A stretch of DNA of 64,000 bases from contig JBEGVH010000014.1 of the NCBI GenBank assembly GCA_041178425.1, forward strand, positions 32,001 through 96,000, given 5' to 3'. The translations under genes and the position numbers were made by a program. The notes beneath the pieces are model-generated. The model did no database searches and had not been told where the DNA came from. It saw nothing but the letters and a program-made list of their open reading frames with translations. Below are positions 39,801 through 47,536 of the stretch, piece after piece. This DNA is from Pseudomonadota bacterium. GTDB taxonomy: Bacteria; Bdellovibrionota; Bdellovibrionia; Bdellovibrionales; Bdellovibrionaceae. Within the stretch, counting starts at the first letter, position 1. Each line of letters begins with the position of its first letter.

Positions 39801-40241
39801 TGCTTAACTATTCAACTCAATCCGGCGCTCTACGAGGATAAAAAATCCGATTTTTGGCATGATCTCGTCAAGTCAACAAAGTCGATTGAACTGGCCGGTC
39901 AATTTGTAAATGAAAAAGTTCGATTGTGCTATTCCCTCGCAGGTCCGCAAAAGTTCTCGTCGATCGAAAAATACTATTTTCTTTTACAAGACAATCCCAA
40001 TGTTGGGTTTATCGACAATCCAGACTTGAGAAACAGACCCCTTATTTTACAACTGCGGGGACAGACTGCCTACGAAAATTTCCTTCGAATCGCTGGTGCC
40101 GATTTGGCGCTATCTAAGCAAGCAGGTTCAGCAAACTTAGGCAACTTTTCAACAGACGAAAGAACCACCAGAGCGCTCCAGTTAAAGATTCCTGGTTCTC
40201 CTGGCTCGATCACTGAAATCATGAGTCGACAAAGTAAATAG
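36852..40241 (+). CDS. Large secreted multidomain protein with a Ser/Thr-rich beta-hairpin-like segment
   Basis: Signal peptide ending ARA, SD GGAG, internal duplication, S/T-alternating segment near the C-terminus. Confidence 0.75.
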   Translation: MAKIKKKFQTILWIQGLLLVLFSFDARAESFDWVSRLTSISANMEPSIYSITSISGSSQVIETEPDLGFPTAKLYTFKLCLAHAQSNEPLLNATLGLEGAGSPIKPQRLDSSCLTWMESINYHYTAPSRFVSLIRTLQIQTQDEKKNVQSISIPFRLAINPWLHGEPSSIPEVADFIKNKPRNSVPPAEATKALLGQTSKGGDVSVIVNDSRINFQELGIDSKSGGKFIFDFRTNPQIEVLNTANQPVFIKLNQGEFHFEAYLLSTLSEGENQVRRIINPEPIKGTALLRDGALAFQTEITLPFIPTRGRLELAVILKANQNQPFLKPFKGIYILGNYNDLKTNLFARIKTGYTNANSKFQFEDYLGLNKQSDKTYAAKNSQDGMRQLKYEFEPLQFKITRVGNETATRREVYYQVKACVRNGVDNSPLRGYHFQIIKGGTSLRSELDLKPTMRPSEFDSCIYWDDRIDHNYYSNQKYFKQEYRILNRDLNLDETVVAYINPWEMILSRDARTIEPEEIARENTESKGSAIIALTSFQAQTRTIHYAVDRTMSLKINKDVHLILEPKIMNYSSLSKGIDGREPIRDGIWKIRWALLHNRYESEGTSFRPISQGETLTIASNGRIILPVTFRFDDFRTISSRNYLMIEVAPVDATMVTTTLDGNLVPKDGKPLAMVVDSQGGFLPQTFIGPILTVGDSDTSYLIPHPENPALKLFLPQGVNGHQISQNEVFLFEKQAPTWTTLSEMNNPAAEVSESQLVQWRNTALTANQIRTFNLYDANDIRTLRKKMGPSAFTLQNFSKNYGRELFQPEIVIRSIEAKILSAELEDRLCFYFFDLDAKQTVRFNNNIAPWIQTDRWLKKCLQSVTSRSNAMSFFRAEHETTVESIDRTSLRESSALNLGIGTSFSVSSSESTSTSSSLGASTNIGLSLKASDMVSMGASTSYSISRSESQNQGSSNSLSLSAGVNLSMRKISLLIEGTTSERCLTIQLNPALYEDKKSDFWHDLVKSTKSIELAGQFVNEKVRLCYSLAGPQKFSSIEKYYFLLQDNPNVGFIDNPDLRNRPLILQLRGQTAYENFLRIAGADLALSKQAGSANLGNFSTDERTTRALQLKIPGSPGSITEIMSRQSK

Positions 40242-40260
40242 AGCCTGTTGATTCAGAGCA

Positions 40261-40298
40261 GAAAGGTCAAATCCTCTAAGAGAGAGGCTTGACCTTTC
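40261..40298 (+). terminator. Hairpin GAAAGGTCAA...TTGACCTTTC
   Basis: Inverted repeat just after the large gene. It overlaps a TTGACC possible -35 for the next gene. Confidence 0.5.
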
Positions 40299-40324
40299 CT
40301 TGTCTAAAAGGACATCCTAGGGCA

Positions 40325-41614
40325 ATGAATTTACCAACTATTTCTCAACAAAAATCGTTAAATGGCTTCGGTTCTGGTGACCTCCTGGTTCTCTTTGGGG
40401 AACTCTTTCAACGGGGCTATGCAAATGGTCTTGTCGAGGAGGCCGAAAACCGGGGGATGACGATCGTCAGATCCACCGTTGGCCGACGCGACGACAAACT
40501 AGGACTACGCGCACTTAATGAAGAAGAAGGTAAAAACATCCCCCAACCGTGGATTAATCTCCCTCTTGAATGTGGTTTTGATCTCGAACCCAATTCTCAC
40601 GGACAAACCCCCGTTGATCTTTGTAAATCTATTGGTCTTAAAGAGGGTATCAAGGCTTCATTGAATCTTGAACTCATCGAAGAGTCTCAAGAAAGGGGTC
40701 GAGCGCGGTTTCGACAACAAGTAAAAAATTGGGTAAAGCAATTAGAACCGCACATTCTTCCTGGAAAAAAAGTCCTAATCGCCCACCTCATGGCGGGAGG
40801 AGTGCCTCGTTCAAAAATTATCCTTAGCCTAATGAACAGAGTTTTTAAAGGAACGGGAGACCGCTATCTCTCATCGGAAGAGTTCTGGGCTTCAGACATC
40901 GGAAACTTTTGCCAAAAAAGCTTCCTCGAAGTGACAGCAGAAAGCTTTAATATTCTAATCGAAGAAACGGCATCCCTTAGAAAACACCAATCAGAGAATT
41001 CTGGTTTTATTCATTATTCCGCCTATGGGTACCATGGAACCCCTATTTTCTTTGATCGCAAACTCCAATGGTTTAGCTACACACCCTACCTTCAAGGCTT
41101 TGCCAAAAGAAAACTAGAGGAATACTCCCAACAACACTGGAAGCAGGGAGTAAAGAGCACAGTTTATAATTGCCCAGAAATACTCACTAACTCGAGTGGA
41201 ATTTTTCCTGGCGTTGAAATATTTCTGTATTCTCTTATTTATGAGATGAGAGCCCGTGCTATTCAGACTCCTTATGTCGTAAACACCCTACAAGCGGCCG
41301 AAGAATGCTTGATTGATGGTGGCCTTGAGAAAGTCAGAGCTCTCATCGAAAGCTATTTTAAGAATCCTATTTTTATAAAGTCTTTGAACTTTTCTCAATG
41401 GCCTAGCCACTCTAACAAAGAACTCATGGAACTCATGCTCAAGGCCTCAGACGATCTCGTCAATCTTCACAAAGATCCAAACAATTTAATGACATCTCAC
41501 TTGAGCGAATTGATCATAAAAGCAAGTGGTGCCTTAATGTTAAACGACATCGCTTCTCCTCAAGAACCGGTCGCTTGGATTGGGCACGATTCTGTGATCA
41601 AGTATTTTGAGTAA
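40325..41614 (+). CDS. fabMG: FabMG-family enoyl-ACP reductase
   Basis: GDLLVLFGELFQRGYANGL...TVGRRD, AHLMAGGVP, YSAYGYHGT, SYTPYLQGFAK, NCPEILTNSS. Confidence 0.75.
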   Translation: MNLPTISQQKSLNGFGSGDLLVLFGELFQRGYANGLVEEAENRGMTIVRSTVGRRDDKLGLRALNEEEGKNIPQPWINLPLECGFDLEPNSHGQTPVDLCKSIGLKEGIKASLNLELIEESQERGRARFRQQVKNWVKQLEPHILPGKKVLIAHLMAGGVPRSKIILSLMNRVFKGTGDRYLSSEEFWASDIGNFCQKSFLEVTAESFNILIEETASLRKHQSENSGFIHYSAYGYHGTPIFFDRKLQWFSYTPYLQGFAKRKLEEYSQQHWKQGVKSTVYNCPEILTNSSGIFPGVEIFLYSLIYEMRARAIQTPYVVNTLQAAEECLIDGGLEKVRALIESYFKNPIFIKSLNFSQWPSHSNKELMELMLKASDDLVNLHKDPNNLMTSHLSELIIKASGALMLNDIASPQEPVAWIGHDSVIKYFE

Positions 41615-41635
41615 TTCATTTTTGGCGAGGCATGG

Positions 41636-42481
41636 ATGAACGGTGTCAACGACGAGTTTTTAGAGCGATATCAGAAAATTTGGGATGAAGACCAAACCTC
41701 CCGCGTCTTTGCCCCTCTGGCTGAAGCCTATCGACGCAGCGGAAACTTGCAGCGAGCGTTACAAATCTGTCGACAGGGCCTCAACTTACATCCTTCGTTC
41801 GCTGGCGGTTGGTATCAAATCGCAAAAATCTTTAAAGATCGCCAGGAGTTCGAGAAAGCAATTGATGCCCTCAAAAAAGCTATCAGTCTGGCTCCTGAAC
41901 ACATTCAGGCTCACAGCTTAATTGCCGATCTTTACCTTTCTGATCGACAACCAAAGGAGGCATTAAAAGCTTTTAAAATGGTTTTGCTGCTGAATCCTGA
42001 AGATGTTAGGGCAAAAAAAACCATTGAGAGATTAGAAAGCCTTACCGCTGATGAATACAGCCCCGAAACCTTTGAGATCGGCCCTACGGCATTGATTGGT
42101 TCACTCCAAGAGACCGAAGACCTCTCTGCCGAAGCCGATTCGCCATTCGAATCTGGAACCGAACATCGAAAAAATAACACCGAATCAAAAGCTTTAAAGC
42201 AAACGGTCACTCTCGTGGATGCCCTTCTGGTGCGAAATGAGTTTACCAAAGCCCAAGACATTGTTCTTAAAGCCATTGAAAGGTTTGGAGAGTCTCCAGA
42301 GCTAGAATCCCGCCTTCAAGTTATAGATCAACAACAAGAAAAATCTTTCGACGATGAGAGTCCTGAGATCATTCAACCAGTACCGCCTCGACCAGAGCGC
42401 ATTCGGCGTTTAAAAATAAATAAACTCGAACACCTTCTTGGTAAATTTAAGCCGCAAGACAATAGTGAACAAGAAATCTAA
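41636..42481 (+). CDS. Tetratricopeptide repeat protein
   Basis: SRVFAPLAEAYRRSG and successive TPR units. Confidence 0.85.
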   Translation: MNGVNDEFLERYQKIWDEDQTSRVFAPLAEAYRRSGNLQRALQICRQGLNLHPSFAGGWYQIAKIFKDRQEFEKAIDALKKAISLAPEHIQAHSLIADLYLSDRQPKEALKAFKMVLLLNPEDVRAKKTIERLESLTADEYSPETFEIGPTALIGSLQETEDLSAEADSPFESGTEHRKNNTESKALKQTVTLVDALLVRNEFTKAQDIVLKAIERFGESPELESRLQVIDQQQEKSFDDESPEIIQPVPPRPERIRRLKINKLEHLLGKFKPQDNSEQEI

Positions 42482-42864
42482 TCAGAAAAATCACCTTTTA
42501 AATTAATAAGAGCCTGAGTGATTGTCTCTTGCCTTTTTACATCAATCTTTTTTAAGGATTCCTTAAATATGTTTGTATTTTCAAAGGGCAAGAGCCATTC
42601 GAAGATGAGAATATCTCCTTGATGCCGCTGATAACAAAGTAATTTTTCAAGGAAAATTTGCATCTCTTTTGGATTGGATGACAACAACTCTGACTCTGCT
42701 TGATTTTGAATGGAGTTTCCGAGTTCCCGCAAGTAGTCTTCACCAGAATCAACGGTTAGATACTCCCGGCATTCAAAAGAAGACTGGGTATCGGCCCAAG
42801 ATGATGCGGACACCATTAAAACAATCACAACCCCAAGGAAAGAGTAACTTCGGTTCTTGTTCAT
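42478..42864 (-). CDS. Small secreted hypothetical protein (possible partner or immunity protein)
   Basis: Signal peptide ending SWA, two Cys, ATGA overlap with the upstream gene. Confidence 0.65.
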   Translation of the reverse strand: MNKNRSYSFLGVVIVLMVSASSWADTQSSFECREYLTVDSGEDYLRELGNSIQNQAESELLSSNPKEMQIFLEKLLCYQRHQGDILIFEWLLPFENTNIFKESLKKIDVKRQETITQALINLKGDFSD

Positions 42865-44195
42865 CCTGGACCTCCCGGCTTGATATAGATTCCGACCAAT
42901 ACTCTTTTTCCGCTGGTCGTAATTGAATGAGGTGTAAAGAAATCTCGGAGATATCCGTTTTTTGATTTTATTGCGATATCACCGTAACACTTTGAGGAAG
43001 AGACGATACGCCCTCTGCTGGCGCATTTATAAACGAGTACAGCCCCTTCGGGAGCTGAGCTTTCAGTTTTAAAACGCTGAGATACTCCCCACTCACTATC
43101 CATTAAGTTGATAAAACCGCGCTCCTTAAGATGAGGGCCCGCCGTCCCTGCTCCGACAGCCGTATTTAACCAATGTTTTTCGGTGAGATCCCCAGTATCA
43201 TTGCCGCAAAACGAACCCACCAATTCGACATTAGCCCGTCGAAGTGGACTCCTGCGGTAATCTCCACGGCTTCGGTTATAACGAGACAACACACTATAGT
43301 CATTACTAAGAGCCGCTTTCACAAACTTATAACAATCGCGATTTGATTTTCGCAGAAGTGACTTCAGCAATAGAGGATCCACAGATTCAAAATCTTGGAA
43401 ATTTTTAGTTACCTTTCTTACTCGCTCATAGTCTCGAGTCCCCTTAGGAGGAACTAGCGCAAGATACGCCCTTCGGATAGCACCCTTAGCCCGCTGTGAA
43501 TACTGAGCCAAGACCTCTTGCATTCGTCCTTTCACGGGCACCTTCGAACGAGAGGCCTCGTACCCCTGGGCCTCGCACATCGGCTTCGAAACATGGTGGT
43601 AAGTATTGTCTCCGATGTCTTTTATCTCTCGCAAAGGGTCACTGATATTTTGACAATCCAAACACTCAGATCGAGACTCGGTCTCTAACGAGCCATGTCC
43701 GTTCGATTGAGGGTTTTGTCTGACCCCCCTTTTGCGGGGCTTACTCTCTCTTATCGAGCGCCCTCCATTTAATTCTTCGATGGCATCATCATCATCTTGT
43801 TCGACGTCATCACTATCAATCTCGCTATCATCGTCGCCTTCAATGCTATCGTCAGGAATTCTTGAAACGGGAACAACTCTCTTTTTTTGTTCCGCGCTTG
43901 GCAGGAGTGAGAGATCCCATTGAGGTCTGGTGGGAGTTGAAGAAAGACTTTTGATTTTCGAAGTGGGCACAAGCCCCTCTCGGCCGCAACGATTCGAATA
44001 ACCCATCGGAAGGCGCACATGCGTGTAATTATCGAATTCATCCGAAGCAGCTAACGCTTGAAATCGAACGCCCGAGGGAACCATGCAAGCAAGGCGTCCG
44101 TCCATATCATAAAGAGGAACAGACTCTGCTCGAATCGGAAATTCAATCCCAAAAAGGATTACTAGAATAAGTAAAATAAAAAGAGTCCTAATCAT
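42861..44195 (-). CDS. Secreted protein with SH3-like N-terminus and C-terminal NlpC/P60/CHAP-like domain
   Basis: Signal peptide from ATG 44195, acidic linker, CYKFVKAAL...APEGAVLVY...YGDIAIK...GYLRDF. Confidence 0.6.
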   Translation of the reverse strand: MIRTLFILLILVILFGIEFPIRAESVPLYDMDGRLACMVPSGVRFQALAASDEFDNYTHVRLPMGYSNRCGREGLVPTSKIKSLSSTPTRPQWDLSLLPSAEQKKRVVPVSRIPDDSIEGDDDSEIDSDDVEQDDDDAIEELNGGRSIRESKPRKRGVRQNPQSNGHGSLETESRSECLDCQNISDPLREIKDIGDNTYHHVSKPMCEAQGYEASRSKVPVKGRMQEVLAQYSQRAKGAIRRAYLALVPPKGTRDYERVRKVTKNFQDFESVDPLLLKSLLRKSNRDCYKFVKAALSNDYSVLSRYNRSRGDYRRSPLRRANVELVGSFCGNDTGDLTEKHWLNTAVGAGTAGPHLKERGFINLMDSEWGVSQRFKTESSAPEGAVLVYKCASRGRIVSSSKCYGDIAIKSKNGYLRDFFTPHSITTSGKRVLVGIYIKPGGPG

Positions 44196-44209
44196 CCACT
44201 GATTAACTA

Positions 44210-44225
44210 AGCAAATCTGGAGCCC
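44210..44225 (-). promoter_or_regulatory. Sigma-54 promoter GGGCTC-CAGAT-TTGCT
   Basis: GG-N10-GC spacing. Predicted +1 about 4 nt before ATG 44195. Confidence 0.55.
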
Positions 44226-44360
44226 AAAACCTAAGAGTGTTTCAAATTGATAAAAGGCTAAAATAAACATTTTATCCAACAATCGATTTGACGGTTGCCT
44301 AACATTTTTACGTTTTCTACCGCTTGAGAACGAGCACAGCGCTTCCACACAGCCAAATAC

Positions 44361-44376
44361 TGGCATCATTCGTGCT
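44361..44376 (+). promoter_or_regulatory. Sigma-54 promoter TGGCAT-CATTC-GTGCT
   Basis: GG-N10-GC spacing, divergent from the 44210 promoter. Confidence 0.55.
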
Positions 44377-44445
44377 TTAAATAGAAAGTGGAGAACCTTT
44401 ATCTCTTTCGATTTGGATAAGGTAAGTAGACCCGGAGGTTTCGAA

Positions 44446-45618
44446 ATGACAAAAAAGACAATCGCCGCCGGCTTGACAGCCATGGCATTATTAACGCCGC
44501 AGGTCTATGCGAAATCTATAAATATTAATCCCCTCATGATGGGATTAAACTCATCTTATTTAGCCTTAGAAGATGCGTCTCTTGCCGATCAAGCTTTCTC
44601 GAAAAAAAGAACACCGGGTCGAATTTTTCTCTATTCCACCTATCATTACAGCAACGAACCCTGGGTTCTGATGACTGAAGATAGGCAGAAGGAAGTATCA
44701 CCTGTGGTTTCGACCCTTAACACCTTAGATCTTGGATTTAGTTGGTTACTTGGCGACAATATGCAACTCGGCATTCAAAGCTTTGGCGCCGTCGTTGGAG
44801 TGGCCCCGCAATTTGGAAGCGACAGCAACCTTCACGCTGGTGATACTCGACTTCAATTCAAATATCGATTCCTCACCGACTCCTACTGGAATATGGCGAT
44901 TGCTCCAGAGCTAACTATTCCTACAGGAGTCGAATATGTGGGACACCGCCTGGGCGCCAGTCTTTCTAATTCAAGTTTTGCCCCAGGTATAAAAATGATT
45001 GGAGAATACAGAACTTCTGAGAATCAATGGACGTTTAACCTTGGCTACTCCTATTACAATCAAGCCGAGTATAAGTCTCCGAATTCGAATTACCCAAAGA
45101 TCGACGGCCGATCTCGGCTTTTTCTAGGAACTGGCTGGCTCTTTAAAATGAACCGGCGCTGGGCCCTCGACACCGAATTTTCAACCCAAACTCCTATGGG
45201 TACCAATCACTTTACCCAACCAGGAGTCTTAACTCTCGGAACTCGATATCAACCAAACAAAACTGTTTCTTGGCAGTTTGGGACAGGAACTGGAACATTC
45301 GGTCCGACGGGTGGCAATAATCCCATTGTTTATTTTGGAGTTAAAGTTCCATTTTTTGGAAACAATAAGAATCAGGGTAATCCTGCTGCTGATGAAGATC
45401 CTCTTGTTCAAGAAGCCTACCGAAAACATCTCGTCGATTACGCCGATGAAAATACAAAAATCGGTGCCAAAGAGCTAGAGCCCTTTATGAATACAAATCC
45501 GATTGATCAAGAGACAGGAAAACCTCTCTACGGAAATTTAGATGAACTCACTAAAAACATTGAGCAAAAGAATTCCAAGCCGAAGAAGTCATCCGTTGAA
45601 GTTGATCGCTTTCAATAA
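44446..45618 (+). CDS. Outer membrane beta-barrel protein (related to the 35388 barrel)
   Basis: SD GGAGG, signal peptide, GDTRLQFKYRF, ELTIPTG, barrel ending GVKVPF, then a soluble tail. Confidence 0.75.
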   Translation: MTKKTIAAGLTAMALLTPQVYAKSININPLMMGLNSSYLALEDASLADQAFSKKRTPGRIFLYSTYHYSNEPWVLMTEDRQKEVSPVVSTLNTLDLGFSWLLGDNMQLGIQSFGAVVGVAPQFGSDSNLHAGDTRLQFKYRFLTDSYWNMAIAPELTIPTGVEYVGHRLGASLSNSSFAPGIKMIGEYRTSENQWTFNLGYSYYNQAEYKSPNSNYPKIDGRSRLFLGTGWLFKMNRRWALDTEFSTQTPMGTNHFTQPGVLTLGTRYQPNKTVSWQFGTGTGTFGPTGGNNPIVYFGVKVPFFGNNKNQGNPAADEDPLVQEAYRKHLVDYADENTKIGAKELEPFMNTNPIDQETGKPLYGNLDELTKNIEQKNSKPKKSSVEVDRFQ

Positions 45619-45619
45619 A

Positions 45620-45648
45620 AAAAAGAGAGGCAGAACGCCTCTCTTTTT
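45620..45648. terminator. Bidirectional intrinsic terminator
   Basis: AAAAAGAGAGGC-AGAAC-GCCTCTCTTTTT between convergent genes. Confidence 0.85.
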
Positions 45649-45670
45649 CGTTTGAAATTTAACTCATTAT

Positions 45671-46465
45671 TTAAAAATCAGAAACCTGATCCACAAGAGA
45701 GGCATCATCAATAAAGGGATTTCTATTTCCCTGGTTTTCAAAAATAATTTGATGTCGGTTTTCTTCGGCCTGATCAACAGGATCTTCGTGGTGCCATTTT
45801 CTTAAGAACCCTTCTTCATCGCTATCAATATGTATTTTATAACGAGTTGAAAAGTAGAAGAGCGACCTTGCCACATTCCCTCTGTGTTCTGGTGGAGGCT
45901 CGAAACGAAACCCTATCGCGGTGTTTGCAAAACGCGACGTCGCACACTTTATTCGCTCTGTGGGCCCAGAGAGTTCAGCGAACTTATAATTTCCACGAGT
46001 GGAATTCATTTCAGAATCTGTGGGGTAAAGATGATGCAAATCTGATTTTTGCATCTCATTTGGAAACGCACCTGTGAAACGGCTTTGAGGCCAGGTATGC
46101 TCAGTATTTAAAACAGTTCCATCGGGTATTTTCTCCGGACCAAGATTTGCGGATCCACGAAAATCACGGTTTGTAAAATGACGAAGGCAATAAACATCTT
46201 TTACAGCGTACTCACCACTCAGCTGTTCAAGGTGAATTCGGCCAAGAAGGATTTGTCTTGCTCGATGATATCCGAGCACTCTTTGACCTCTAGATGCGGC
46301 CTCGTAGAGATGATCTGGAATCGTTCCAGTTTTTCCATACGAACGATAGTCTGAGCGAGCACCGTAACTTTCGTAATACTCAGATCCCCATATTGGATTT
46401 TCAAAAGCCGCTGAAGAAAAACTAATTCCTGTAACTAGAAAAAAGACTCCCAACAAAGAACGCAC
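45671..46465 (-). CDS. Secreted endonuclease I family (His-Me finger) nuclease
   Basis: NTEHTWPQS, SDLHHLYP, NSTRGN, RGNVARSLFYF, QGNRNPFID. Confidence 0.92.
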   Translation of the reverse strand: MRSLLGVFFLVTGISFSSAAFENPIWGSEYYESYGARSDYRSYGKTGTIPDHLYEAASRGQRVLGYHRARQILLGRIHLEQLSGEYAVKDVYCLRHFTNRDFRGSANLGPEKIPDGTVLNTEHTWPQSRFTGAFPNEMQKSDLHHLYPTDSEMNSTRGNYKFAELSGPTERIKCATSRFANTAIGFRFEPPPEHRGNVARSLFYFSTRYKIHIDSDEEGFLRKWHHEDPVDQAEENRHQIIFENQGNRNPFIDDASLVDQVSDF

Positions 46466-46762
46466 TCGACAACCCCCCGTTATCCTTAAGTTCTCTTAAC
46501 TCTTTTCTGATCTCGCGCGCAAGCTCTCAAATAAAAATTAACATGTCAAATCTGAATAATATTTTTTTAATTTAGAATAAAGGCGTCAAAAGCTTTCTTT
46601 TAAGGCCTAGACCAACGTCCCGCGAATCCCTTTGCTGGTGCCGGGTTCAGCTCTCTTGCCCTATCAAAACTTTCCGTTTTTCGATCCAAATATCTGATTT
46701 TTTTAAAATTTTAGCCACTTTAGACTACAGATTGAAGGCATTTTTTCCGAAGTGGAATCATT

Positions 46763-47536
46763 ATGTTTGCTAACAACTCCCTTCCTCACCCCTCGATCAA
46801 GCCACTGAATTATTTATTGTGGTCCATTTTGGCTTTTCAAGCGGGAACGATCAACGTAGGGGGATTTTTAGCCTGCCATCGGTTTGTGACCCACGTCACA
46901 GGCTTTGCCACTCACTTTGGAGTGGACGTTGCTTCGGGATCTATAGTGAGTGCCTTATCGATGGCTCTTGTCCCTCTCTTTTTTCTCCTAGGCTCCATGG
47001 CCTCAGCCCTCTTAATTGATAAAAGGAAGTATCTGGGAAAAGAGCCACATTATACCGTCACTTTCACATTTTCTGGAATTAGCTTTTTAACATTAACCAT
47101 CGCCGGGCAACTTGGAACCTTTGGCGCGTTTGCCAACTCGTCTAGCTCTCTTACGAATTTTATGATTTTAGCAATACTTTCTTTTCTGAGCGGTATTCAA
47201 AATGGTATGATTGGTTTTACGTCGGGCCTCCTCGTACGAACCACCCATCTGACGGGAATAACCACCGACTTGGGAGTTGGCCTTATGCGTGTTAGTTACC
47301 CCAACATATCAATACAGCAAAAACAGTTCGAATTTAAAATGAATCTTTTGAGAATTGGAACGATTGCGTCCTTTATTGTTGGATCAACCGTCGGTGGACT
47401 TGTCTTTTTTCGTTTTGAGTATTTGGGATTTCTGATTCCTTCCTTTATCTGTCTCTTCCTTGCTGGTTACAGTTGGAATGTTCTCCGAATCCAACCAGTG
47501 AGCTCACAATCAAGAAAGGTTGGAGTGGCCGAATGA
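46763..47536 (+). CDS. YoaK/DUF1275 family membrane protein
   Basis: AGTINVGGF, FVTHVTG, GIQN, RTTHLTGITTDLG. Confidence 0.88.
   Translation: MFANNSLPHPSIKPLNYLLWSILAFQAGTINVGGFLACHRFVTHVTGFATHFGVDVASGSIVSALSMALVPLFFLLGSMASALLIDKRKYLGKEPHYTVTFTFSGISFLTLTIAGQLGTFGAFANSSSSLTNFMILAILSFLSGIQNGMIGFTSGLLVRTTHLTGITTDLGVGLMRVSYPNISIQQKQFEFKMNLLRIGTIASFIVGSTVGGLVFFRFEYLGFLIPSFICLFLAGYSWNVLRIQPVSSQSRKVGVAE

Noticed and set aside
44196..44483. Overlapping 5' extensions of the divergent 540-aa and 401-aa ORFs
   Set aside because: Signal peptides and promoters place the starts at 44195 and 44446.
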